Shown: piece after piece, positions 1 to 8,094 of the stretch | Numbering within the stretch: the first letter of the stretch is position 1 | How the letters are laid out: each line of letters starts with the position of its first letter | Assembly: GCA_018823885.1 (NCBI GenBank) | Contig: JAHJHG010000001.1 | Coordinates: 42,439 to 106,438 of the forward strand | Direction: 5' to 3' | DNA: 64,000 bases | Source: Patescibacteria group bacterium | GTDB taxonomy: Bacteria > Patescibacteriota > Microgenomatia > UBA8517 | Made by a program: the position numbers and the translations under genes | The notes under the pieces: model-generated | The model's database searches: none | Told to the model about the DNA's origin: nothing | The model's input: the letters and a program-made list of their open reading frames with translations, nothing else

Positions 1-1
1 C

Positions 2-559
2 GAACACGGTTTGGTTTTTTGGGCAACGGGAGCCATAACCATGATCATTTTAAGCCTTCTTGCTTATACAACCGTGTTTGGTACATCGATGTTGCAGGGT
101 GTAGGTTTTGTAATCAATGAAGCACAGGTAATTGCGGGAGAGACATTTGCCGCTTTGGGTACGGCATTTCTTCTAATTGCTTCTGCGATGCTTTTTTCGA
201 CCCAATTCTCGGTAATCGATGCTACCTCCAGGATTATGAGTGAAAATTTAGTTATTCTTTCACCGAAGCGTTTTAAAATTGAAAAACTACCAACCTTCTT
301 TTATCTCTTTTTATGGCTTCAAATAATTGCCGGTGTGATTATTTTTTCTCTCGGTTTCACTCAACCTCTTATGCTTGTCATTATTGGAGCCACCCTAAAC
401 GCTATCGCCATGTTTGTTTATACCGGTCTCGTTCTGTGGCTCAATCTTACCAACTTGGACAAAAGGTTAAGACCAACACTGATAAGAATATTTTTTGTAA
501 GTGCGGCCTTTATTTTCTATGGAGTTTTCAGTTTCTTTACAATTCTTCAGACTATATAA
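2..559 (+). CDS. Polytopic membrane protein, C-terminal part (NRAMP-like transporter family), truncated at window start
   Basis: Frame open from the window edge; several hydrophobic helices; LFSTQFSVIDATSRIMSE resembles NRAMP-like family C-terminal segments. Confidence 0.6.
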   Translation, partial: EHGLVFWATGAITMIILSLLAYTTVFGTSMLQGVGFVINEAQVIAGETFAALGTAFLLIASAMLFSTQFSVIDATSRIMSENLVILSPKRFKIEKLPTFFYLFLWLQIIAGVIIFSLGFTQPLMLVIIGATLNAIAMFVYTGLVLWLNLTNLDKRLRPTLIRIFFVSAAFIFYGVFSFFTILQTI

Positions 560-577
560 ATAATGCTAAAATAGGCC

Positions 578-1579
578 ATGAAGAAGTTTGTAATATATTT
601 TCTGGCAACAGCTGTTCTTATTTCACTCGGTTGGCTGGCAAATTCTTTTTACCAAAATTATGCTCCTGACCCCGTTGTTATTAATCCTGTTATTCCCAGA
701 CCGCTCGAGAAATACACGATAGAGAATCTAGCAATAAGTAAGCCCGAGGAAGGAAACATTCAGATAGAAGAAGTGATTAGCGAAGAAAATGACTTCACTT
801 CCTACCTTTTTTCGCTTGAATTTAAACCCTCCTTGCAGGACAGAGAAATCAAAAAGATGACTGGTCAACTAAATATTCCAACAGGAAAAGGGAAATATCC
901 TGTTATTGTTATGTTCCGCGGCTATGTGGACCAGGAAATATATGAAACCGGAATTGGAACCAGAAAATCAGCTGAAGTATATGCTCAAAACGGATTTATC
1001 ACTATTGCCCCAGATTTCTTAGGTTATGCTGGCTCAGATTTACAAGCCGAAAACATTTTTGAAGCAAGATTTCAAACATATACAGCCGCTCTTTCTGTTT
1101 TGAATTCACTCGATTCTATCTCCAGTTGGGACGGCACGAATATCTTTCTTTGGGGCCACTCAAACGGGGGACAAGTTGCTTTGACAATCCTTGAAATCAC
1201 TGGCGACGATTATCCTACTGTTTTGTGGGCACCAGTGACCAAGCCGTTTCCTTATTCAATCCTTTACTACACCGATGAAGCAGAAGATAGAGGAAAGTAT
1301 ATAAGACGGGAATTGGCCAAATTTGAAAACCTTTACAACGTTGAACAATACTCGATTAGTAACTATCTAGAAAGAATAGACGCTCCAATTCAATTTCATC
1401 AAGGCACAGCCGATGACTCTGTGCCACTTGAGTGGACTAATGAATTTGTAAATGTTCTCGACGAACTTGAGAAAGAAGTGACCTACTATATGTATTCCGG
1501 AGCCGATCATAACATGACTCCTGCCTGGAACACAGTTGTAGAAAGAAACTTGGTATTTTTTAATAAATATCTTAAGTAG
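578..1579 (+). CDS. Membrane-anchored alpha/beta hydrolase (peptidase S9-like)
   Basis: N-terminal TM; nucleophile elbow GHSNGG; catalytic Asp (GTADDSV) and His (GADH). Confidence 0.85.
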   Translation: MKKFVIYFLATAVLISLGWLANSFYQNYAPDPVVINPVIPRPLEKYTIENLAISKPEEGNIQIEEVISEENDFTSYLFSLEFKPSLQDREIKKMTGQLNIPTGKGKYPVIVMFRGYVDQEIYETGIGTRKSAEVYAQNGFITIAPDFLGYAGSDLQAENIFEARFQTYTAALSVLNSLDSISSWDGTNIFLWGHSNGGQVALTILEITGDDYPTVLWAPVTKPFPYSILYYTDEAEDRGKYIRRELAKFENLYNVEQYSISNYLERIDAPIQFHQGTADDSVPLEWTNEFVNVLDELEKEVTYYMYSGADHNMTPAWNTVVERNLVFFNKYLK

Positions 1580-1581
1580 TT

Positions 1582-1611
1582 TGTAATAAATGCGCATGTC
1601 TGCTTGTAGTA
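1582..1611 (+). promoter_or_regulatory. Putative ECF-sigma-dependent promoter (TGTAAT-N17-TGTA)
   Basis: Upstream of the ECF sigma gene; same bipartite motif recurs at 2907-2935; resembles SigW-type TGAAAC-N16-CGTA. Confidence 0.5.
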
Positions 1612-1643
1612 TGTATAGGGCAGAACATGCGCTTTAGAATATT

Positions 1644-2180
1644 ATGCCGATTTCAGACGAAAAACTGGTCAAACTTGTCCAGAAGGGAAATACAGACGAG
1701 TACGAAAAACTGGTTACAAGATATCAGGAGAAACTATATAGATATCTTGTCTATTTAACCAGAGAGCCTGACGAGTCAGAAGATCTTTTGCAGGACACTT
1801 TTATTGCTGTTTATAAGAATATCCATAAATTCAATACCAAGTTAAAGTTTTCGAGTTGGATTTACAGAATCGCACACAACAATGCCATAAATTATTTGAA
1901 AAAGAGTTCAAAAACTCTATCTTTTGATTTTCTAAACCTAGGTAACATTCTGGCAAAGGAAGACAAAACACTGGAAAAGATGGAAAACGAAGAAACTAAG
2001 GAGATGGTGAGGAAATGTCTGGATAAATTGCCCAATAAATACAAATCACCTCTTGTTCTTTTTTACTTTGAAGACAAAACATATCAGGAAATAAGCGATA
2101 TTCTAAGAATATCTACAAACAATGTTGGTGTTCTGATAAATAGGGGCAAAAAATCTATGAAAGAATTATGCAAAATATAA
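1644..2180 (+). CDS. ECF RNA polymerase sigma factor (SigW/RpoE-like)
   Basis: Region 2 EDLLQDTF...FSSWIYRIAHN and region 4 TYQEISDIL...INRGK; 178 aa. Confidence 0.93.
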   Translation: MPISDEKLVKLVQKGNTDEYEKLVTRYQEKLYRYLVYLTREPDESEDLLQDTFIAVYKNIHKFNTKLKFSSWIYRIAHNNAINYLKKSSKTLSFDFLNLGNILAKEDKTLEKMENEETKEMVRKCLDKLPNKYKSPLVLFYFEDKTYQEISDILRISTNNVGVLINRGKKSMKELCKI

Positions 2181-2902
2181 TGAAAAAAGTTGATATAACA
2201 AAAAATATAATGAGTAAGATTAAAACCGGCAAGGTTAAAATCAAGCCGGCCTTTATGGTCCTTGGCGAAAGATATGGTGTTGTCGGGGCAATTGCTTTAT
2301 TGCTAACAACAGCCGTTTTAACATTCAATATTTTCCTTTTTCTTCTTAAACAAACAGGCAATCTTGAGTTCTTGTCATTCGGTTCTGCTGGTATTTTGGC
2401 ATTTCTTCAAGCTTTTCCATATTTCCCGGTAACAATCATGCTTTTTGTTCTCTTTTTGGCTATTAGACTACTTAAATATTTTGACATTTCCTACAAAAAA
2501 TCATTTTCCTTCCTTGCCTTATTTATTTTCGCTAGCGTATTGGGTCTTGGTATTGCTCTCGCAAATACGAAGATAAACGCCCGACTTGAAAATATCCCTG
2601 CCTTGAGAGGTTTTTACCATCAGGGTTTCGGCCGAAATGGATTTATGGGCAATATCCTTGAATTAAAAGAGAATTCTATAATTGTTGAAAGGGATGATAC
2701 AGATGAAGTGATGGAAGTATTCCTAACTGACGATACCAATCTCCCCTATGGAAAAAGTTTCAGTGAAAAGGGAACAGTAAGAATCATCGGCTCAGAAAAG
2801 GACGGTCGTTTTGAAGCGGCTGGACTACGCCCCTTTGACGGCAGTATTCCTGCCAACGGCAACGTAAAAGGCTCCCGCAAGCAGCTCCAGCGTTCCCAAT
2901 AA
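2168..2902 (+). CDS. Membrane protein coupled to the ECF sigma (candidate anti-sigma factor)
   Basis: Overlaps sigma gene; 3-4 TM helices plus C-terminal beta-rich soluble domain. Confidence 0.6.
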   Translation: MQNIMKKVDITKNIMSKIKTGKVKIKPAFMVLGERYGVVGAIALLLTTAVLTFNIFLFLLKQTGNLEFLSFGSAGILAFLQAFPYFPVTIMLFVLFLAIRLLKYFDISYKKSFSFLALFIFASVLGLGIALANTKINARLENIPALRGFYHQGFGRNGFMGNILELKENSIIVERDDTDEVMEVFLTDDTNLPYGKSFSEKGTVRIIGSEKDGRFEAAGLRPFDGSIPANGNVKGSRKQLQRSQ

Positions 2903-2906
2903 TTTG

Positions 2907-2935
2907 TGTAATATTTTATATCTTCAGTTGTATTA
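2907..2935 (+). promoter_or_regulatory. Second putative ECF promoter (TGTAAT-N16-TGTA)
   Basis: Same motif as 1582-1611; followed by strong SD GGGGGTGA and ATG 2960. Confidence 0.5.
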
Positions 2936-2959
2936 ATACGTAGAAGGGGGGTGAAATAC

Positions 2960-3388
2960 ATGAAGATGACATACAAATTGGGTCTTATCGCCGCTGGAAT
3001 CTTAACCACTGGTCTTATCGCCGCTGGAACAGCTTCCGCAGCCTCAGGCAACGGTTTTGGTTTTGATAGAATGTTTTCAAATAAAGCCGAAGTCCTAGGC
3101 ATGAGCGTTGAAGATCTCAAAAGTCAGTTGGGTGAAAAGACTTTCCTAGAAATCGCTGAAGAGCAAGGCATAAGCCATGAAGCACTTCAGGAAAATATGA
3201 AAGTAAGAGCCCAAGAAAGAATGGAAGAAATGGGGTTAAGCGATGAAGATATCGCAAGACGCCTACAGTTCAGAGCGGAAAGACAAGTTAATTGTGACGA
3301 ATCTGGACCTCTAATGAACGGTGAAGGTAATGGGGGATTCGGCAGAAACGGATCCGAAAAAGGTTTTGGCCAAAGATTGGCAGAATAA
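2960..3388 (+). CDS. Secreted helical hypothetical protein
   Basis: SD AGGGGGGTGA before ATG 2960; signal peptide ending ASA-A; Gly-rich tail. Confidence 0.75.
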   Translation: MKMTYKLGLIAAGILTTGLIAAGTASAASGNGFGFDRMFSNKAEVLGMSVEDLKSQLGEKTFLEIAEEQGISHEALQENMKVRAQERMEEMGLSDEDIARRLQFRAERQVNCDESGPLMNGEGNGGFGRNGSEKGFGQRLAE

Positions 3389-3404
3389 CCGTAATATATG
3401 GATT

Positions 3405-3433
3405 ATCGCAGTCACGTACGGACTGCGATTTTC
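3405..3433 (+). terminator. Intrinsic terminator
   Basis: Perfect 9-bp stem ATCGCAGTC/GACTGCGAT followed by T run. Confidence 0.7.
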
Positions 3434-3479
3434 CCTTTGGTAATTGACAATAAATACTTCTTTCCGTCATTATTAATTA

Positions 3480-3818
3480 ATGAAACTTATTGTCAGACTT
3501 GGAATAAACGTTATCGCTCTTCTGGTTGTTGAATATCTTGTGCCTGGTTTTGTTCTAACTGGCTATGTAGCCGCCATCGTTGCTGCCATTGTCATTGGTG
3601 TTGTTAACACCTTTATCCGACCAATATTGCAACTAATAGCCCTTCCTGTCTCAATATTATCGTTTGGAATATCGGCCTTTTTGATCAATGTCGCTTTGCT
3701 ATGGCTAACAGCCAGATTCGTACCAGGATTTGAAATATCTGGTTTTCAAACCGCCGTAATAGCTTCGATTGTCCTCTCTCTTGTTTCTTGGTTTCTTCAT
3801 AGACTAGCTTCAGACTAA
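3480..3818 (+). CDS. Phage holin family / YvlD-like 4-TM membrane protein
   Basis: GVVNTFIRPILQLIALPVSILSFG...INVALLWL and PGFEISGF pattern. Confidence 0.85.
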   Translation: MKLIVRLGINVIALLVVEYLVPGFVLTGYVAAIVAAIVIGVVNTFIRPILQLIALPVSILSFGISAFLINVALLWLTARFVPGFEISGFQTAVIASIVLSLVSWFLHRLASD

Positions 3819-3856
3819 GTTTGACTAAGAATTAAAAATTTATCATAATTAATACT

Positions 3857-4582
3857 ATGAAGAAATTTTTTAGTGCCTTATTGACGGGCTTTGCTCTCTT
3901 TTTTTCTATTCCTTCAGTATTAATACTGGCAAGCTGGAATGCTTTGCCGGGTACCGGTCTCTATTCAGTTAAATCAAGTTTCGAAGATGTCGCCCTTGCT
4001 TTAACCGCCAACACGCCAATCGCAACCGCCTTTTCGGTTAACTTCACAGACAGACGTTATTCTGAAGCCGTTAGGCTTTTAGACAAAGAAGGTTCAACCG
4101 TTGGTTATCAATTGCTTGTTGCTGAGGCTCAGCAAACGCAAAGTATGGTTCTCAACAGAAAAGATGTAAAAAATGGTGCCCAGCTTATACGTAAAATAGG
4201 GGAGTACCAGGCAGAAATTGAGGAGAAGCAGGCAGAGGTACAGAGCCTTGCATCTACGCCCACCACGGTGGACCAGGTACCTTCTCCGACGCCTTATGTG
4301 GACCCATACCCCACAACCTCTGATAGTGACAAAACGGTAACTGTAACCGTGCCTGTAGAAATTGTTATCGAAGAAGAAGATACTGAGGAAGTTCTTGAAA
4401 ATTTAGAGGACGCCCTGGAAGAACTTGAAGAGATTAAAGACGATATTGAGGAAGAATTGCCAGACGTAATTTTTGAGGGAATATCAGAAGATACAGAAGA
4501 CATCTTAGAAGATGAAGAAGCTGCAGAGGAAGAAGAAAGTGACAAAGACAAAAAGGACAAAGAAAGGCCGCTTAAATATTAA
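3857..4582 (+). CDS. DUF5667-like membrane-anchored protein with acidic tail
   Basis: ALPGTGLYSVK..FE motif after TM; PT-rich linker; Glu/Asp-rich C-terminus. Confidence 0.65.
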   Translation: MKKFFSALLTGFALFFSIPSVLILASWNALPGTGLYSVKSSFEDVALALTANTPIATAFSVNFTDRRYSEAVRLLDKEGSTVGYQLLVAEAQQTQSMVLNRKDVKNGAQLIRKIGEYQAEIEEKQAEVQSLASTPTTVDQVPSPTPYVDPYPTTSDSDKTVTVTVPVEIVIEEEDTEEVLENLEDALEELEEIKDDIEEELPDVIFEGISEDTEDILEDEEAAEEEESDKDKKDKERPLKY

Positions 4583-4602
4583 ATAAGGAATTAAATATAT
4601 AA

Positions 4603-4752
4603 ATGAAATCATATCAAAAGAAAAAAGCAAAACCCAATTCGCCAGGTCCTGGATTTAGAACGGCAAGTAGCTTTTTGGGTAAGCAGTTTGGAAAGAAAAA
4701 ACCGAAAACAACTTTCAAGCGCACTTCGTTTAAAACCCAGCACAAGGGTTAA
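4603..4752 (+). CDS. Small basic protein, 49 aa (MKSYQKKKAKPNSPGPGFRTASSFLGKQFGKKKPKTTFKRTSFKTQHKG)
   Basis: Translated by hand, ATG 4603 to TAA 4752; AAGGA upstream; fills the intergenic gap. Confidence 0.6.
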   Translation: MKSYQKKKAKPNSPGPGFRTASSFLGKQFGKKKPKTTFKRTSFKTQHKG

Positions 4753-4791
4753 TATTATTTCAGGCTTGTTTGTGTTACAATAACAACGTTC

Positions 4792-4815
4792 CACGCTTAG
4801 AAAGCGTGTTTTTTT
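4792..4815 (+). terminator. Terminator-like hairpin just upstream of tig
   Basis: CACGCTT/AAGCGTG stem followed by T7. Confidence 0.5.
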
Positions 4816-4821
4816 GACCAA

Positions 4822-5745
4822 ATGACAACCAAAACAGCCAAAGCAAAGAAGGTAAAAAAGAAAGTAAACAAGATTAGCTACACCGTTGCCAAAAGCAAAG
4901 ACGGAACTATCCAAATTACTTTTAACATACCCTTTGAAGATATTAAGAAAACCAGAGAAGTGGTTGCTAAAGATATTGGCAAAGATTTGGAATTACCAGG
5001 TTTTCGAAAAGGAATGGCTCCATTAGATAAAGTGCTTGATCACATTCCGCAAAACACTCTGATTGAAAATATTCTTCGTGCCATTTTGCCAGAGCCTCTA
5101 GGCAAGGCTATTACAGAACACAAAATAAGACCGGCTATATATCCTAAGTTAGAACTTGTCTCAGCCAATGAGGACGAAAATTGGCAGGTGAGAGGAACAA
5201 CCTGTGAATTGCCGGAGGTTAAATTGGGTAATTACAAGAAGATTATTTCTGATGCGGCAAAGACTAGCACCATTTGGACTCCAGACCAAAAGGGGAGTGA
5301 AAAGAAAGATGCTAAAAAGAAAGTATTAAGTAGAGAAGAAAAAGAGCAAAAAGTAATCAAAATACTTGGAGAAAGTATTAAAATTGACATCCCAAAACCC
5401 CTAGTTGATGAGGAAGTTAACAGAAGACTTTCTGATCTTTTGCAAAGAATTGAAAAGCTCGGTTTAACCTTAGAATCATATCTGTCTTCGATCGGAAAAA
5501 CAGCCGATTTGATAAGAAAAGACTATGAAGAACAAGCCAAGGAAGCAATCAGATTTGACCTTATTTTAGGCAAAATCGTCGTTGAAGAAAAGATAAAAGT
5601 ATCAGAGGAAGATGTAGAGCAAACCTTAAAAGCATATTCTCAGGGAGATAAGCCAGATGCCCATCCATCCACAGATCAAAAATCAATGATCGAAGCGGTT
5701 TTGAAAAAGCGCGCCGCGCTTGATACTCTTTGCGCCCTATTGTAA
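4822..5745 (+). CDS. tig: Trigger factor, short form
   Basis: Ribosome-binding signature PGFRKGMAP; C-terminal domain IPKPLVDEEV; 307 aa, PPIase domain apparently absent. Confidence 0.85.
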   Translation: MTTKTAKAKKVKKKVNKISYTVAKSKDGTIQITFNIPFEDIKKTREVVAKDIGKDLELPGFRKGMAPLDKVLDHIPQNTLIENILRAILPEPLGKAITEHKIRPAIYPKLELVSANEDENWQVRGTTCELPEVKLGNYKKIISDAAKTSTIWTPDQKGSEKKDAKKKVLSREEKEQKVIKILGESIKIDIPKPLVDEEVNRRLSDLLQRIEKLGLTLESYLSSIGKTADLIRKDYEEQAKEAIRFDLILGKIVVEEKIKVSEEDVEQTLKAYSQGDKPDAHPSTDQKSMIEAVLKKRAALDTLCALL

Positions 5746-5792
5746 TATACAAGCGCAAAGCAACGTTCTTGTGTAATGCAAATTAAACATAT

Positions 5793-6425
5793 ATGAACGA
5801 CAAACAAAGCCAAAAATCTCAGAAAACAATAAAGCGTTCCAGTGTTCTTGAAAACCTGAAAGATGTTGGCGGCAACACAAGCAAGGTCCTCAAGAAAGAC
5901 CTCGCCCAAGGGGTTTCCCAAGAATTTATTAATCAACTATTAGGCAGAAAGCCAGAAAAGAAATATTCAGGCGACATAACTCCTGGTGAGTCCCTTGAAT
6001 TCGAAGATGTTTACTCTGGTAGGCGAGAGCAAACGATGATCTTGGAAAAGCAGCTCACCCTTGAAAGAAACCTTCGGCAAGAAGAAAAAACAAGATCTGA
6101 AAGAAAAAGCAATGAATTGAAAATGCAACTTCAAGCTGTTATTGAAGAGGTAGCCGCATTAGCCCAGAATACCCAGGAATTGGCAGAAGAAGTACAAATA
6201 GCCACCATGCAGGCCCCCATCGAACCAGGTGTCTATCATTTAATCTTTTTTGAGAAACTTCTTGAATTTATTAAATCCTTTAGACAAAACATTGGTCAGG
6301 CAAAAACATGGCTTCAAAGTTCAAACAAAAGAGCCCAAAAGAAGAATTATTGGGCTAACTACAAAAAGCATGGCGGTAAATTCCTCCTGGCTGCAGATCA
6401 TTATGTATCAAGATCTGCTGGTTAA
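5793..6425 (+). CDS. Coiled-coil hypothetical protein (DUF5660-like)
   Basis: Long ORF, coiled-coil centre, PGVYHLIFFE motif; family assignment from memory. Confidence 0.55.
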   Translation: MNDKQSQKSQKTIKRSSVLENLKDVGGNTSKVLKKDLAQGVSQEFINQLLGRKPEKKYSGDITPGESLEFEDVYSGRREQTMILEKQLTLERNLRQEEKTRSERKSNELKMQLQAVIEEVAALAQNTQELAEEVQIATMQAPIEPGVYHLIFFEKLLEFIKSFRQNIGQAKTWLQSSNKRAQKKNYWANYKKHGGKFLLAADHYVSRSAG

Positions 6426-6443
6426 TTTCTTCTTAAAATCTAA

Positions 6444-6734
6444 ATGAGAAACAGAGAATCCGCCCTTAACACAGCAGAAGCAATGAAATTTACGTCTCGA
6501 AGTTATTTGAGATGGCTGCAAACTTCGTCTTCTGGGATAGGTAACGAAAGCTCTATTTTTGAAATACAATCAACTGCTCCTCTAAATGATTACACTCGTT
6601 GTGACTATTGTGATAAAAAGGGGAAGTTCCTGGTTCATCAGAAAGATCATGAACACATGCATTCAATCTTCATCACTTGCGAAGACGACTCTCCTGAAAA
6701 CTGCTTAAAAGCTTTGGCGATGAAATCAGCTTAA
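6444..6734 (+). CDS. Hypothetical protein with possible Zn-binding residues
   Basis: 96 aa ORF; CDYC plus distal His/Cys. Confidence 0.5.
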   Translation: MRNRESALNTAEAMKFTSRSYLRWLQTSSSGIGNESSIFEIQSTAPLNDYTRCDYCDKKGKFLVHQKDHEHMHSIFITCEDDSPENCLKALAMKSA

Positions 6735-6755
6735 TAATGATATAATTGAACCCTA

Positions 6756-6829
6756 GGACGGTTAGCTCAGCTGGTTAGAGCGCAGCATTGACATTGCTGA
6801 GGTCACAGGTTCGAATCCTGTACCGTCCA
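6756..6829 (+). tRNA. tRNA-Val(GAC)
   Basis: Cloverleaf; anticodon arm CAGCA-TTGACAT-TGCTG; T-loop TTCGAAT. Confidence 0.95.
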
Positions 6830-7066
6830 CACTTGCATCTTCTAAACAATAGACAATAAAATAGGCAAACGATCTTGTCATATCTTCTATACAACAAAAT
6901 CGCAGCCTTCAAGCTTTAAAAAAGCCTGCTTCCTGTCTAAGCATTTTACCAATTTCCTAATCCCGCTCGTACAGGACTCAAATACTGTATACCATTCAAT
7001 CCAGCACATTATAAGTGGTGCTCTATTCAACACTTTCGTGCAAATTTGATATAATTTAGAAAATAT

Positions 7067-7140
7067 GGGCCCGTGGCGCAGTTGGCTAGCGCGCTTCCAT
7101 GGCATGGAAGAGGTCAGGGGTTCGAATCCCCTCGGGTCCA
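7067..7140 (+). tRNA. tRNA-Ala(GGC)
   Basis: Cloverleaf; anticodon arm CTTCC-ATGGCAT-GGAAG; G3:U70 identity pair. Confidence 0.95.
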
Positions 7141-7248
7141 CAATACCTCATAATTTTGTTTGTTTCCCCTTATTCTGCTATTATTGTCTTCCTGCACACA
7201 TAAATATCATCCGTCGTAAGATTAATTAGCTCTTTAAAGGAGGAAGGA

Positions 7249-7698
7249 ATGTCCCAGCAGAAGAAGGAAACGTGGTACAGCAATGAACGCATGAATAGGG
7301 CCTTACAACACATGCGTGTCAAGGCAGTCGAAATGGGATTACGTCAAGGTGTCGCCTTTATATGTGCTCATCCCTTTTTTGTTGATATGCCAAGGGTAGC
7401 CTTTGTAGTTGTCAGCACGTTAGAAAGGGACCCCGATCCCAATAGGTGTGGAGATGACAAGGGAGAAAACTATTTCGGGATAGCCATGTCAAAGTTGGCC
7501 TTTATGCTGTCTACGAAGACAAACAGCGGAAGCCAATCTCGTCTGACCAAAGACGGTGAAGTAAATTATCACGGTGGCCTAGCGTTCTTTTTTCAAAACA
7601 TAGCCGATGAGGGCGGAATATACGTAGGCTACAGTGGGGGGACGGAACACCAAGACATGCAAATTGCGCGCAAAGGATTGAGTATTATGGTTGAGTAA
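7249..7698 (+). CDS. GlcG/HbpS (heme-binding)-like protein, divergent
   Basis: Strong SD AAGGAGG; C-terminal GG...VGYSGGTEHQDMQIARKGL matches the GlcG-family motif. Confidence 0.55.
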   Translation: MSQQKKETWYSNERMNRALQHMRVKAVEMGLRQGVAFICAHPFFVDMPRVAFVVVSTLERDPDPNRCGDDKGENYFGIAMSKLAFMLSTKTNSGSQSRLTKDGEVNYHGGLAFFFQNIADEGGIYVGYSGGTEHQDMQIARKGLSIMVE

Positions 7699-7721
7699 TT
7701 GCCCTCAACTCAACTTCTAAC

Positions 7722-7761
7722 AAGCCTTCATGTAATGAACAAGCATGGAGGCTTTTTTTTT
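7722..7761 (+). terminator. Intrinsic terminator
   Basis: AAGCCTTCATG/CATGGAGGCTT stem followed by T run. Confidence 0.75.
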
Positions 7762-7859
7762 GGAATAATATTTACACAATTTCGAAATTTATCCAACCCT
7801 CTCCCATTCTTGTAATTTTTTAGTAATTTGGTTACGATTAATTTACCTGTAATCCATCA

Positions 7860-8072
7860 ATGTCTAATAAATCGAATCTCTTTAAGGAAGGTTTAATTCG
7901 CGGTATTGGCTGGGCTTTTGGTGTCACCATTGGCTTTGTCATAATATCTACCATTCTAGTTATTATCCTTAGAAGTTTAGGCGGACTGCCAGTGATAGGG
8001 GACTGGATCGCCTCAGTTGTGGAAGCAACTCTTTCCCAATTAGCTAAAAGAACTCCCGTTTTCCCTCAATGA
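7860..8072 (+). CDS. Small membrane protein (DUF5665-like)
   Basis: GLIRGIGWAFGVTIG...LPVIGDWI pattern. Confidence 0.7.
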   Translation: MSNKSNLFKEGLIRGIGWAFGVTIGFVIISTILVIILRSLGGLPVIGDWIASVVEATLSQLAKRTPVFPQ

Positions 8073-8094
8073 CCTCTTGAGGTACAATAAAAAC

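Noticed and set aside
3480-3818. Prophage suggested by the holin-family gene
   Set aside because: YvlD-like proteins are common chromosomal membrane proteins; no phage genes nearby
4609-4914. 101-aa minus-strand ORF
   Set aside because: Overlaps tig and the 49-aa plus-strand ORF in antisense
6887-7141. 84-aa minus-strand ORF
   Set aside because: Antisense to tRNA-Ala; a typical shadow ORF
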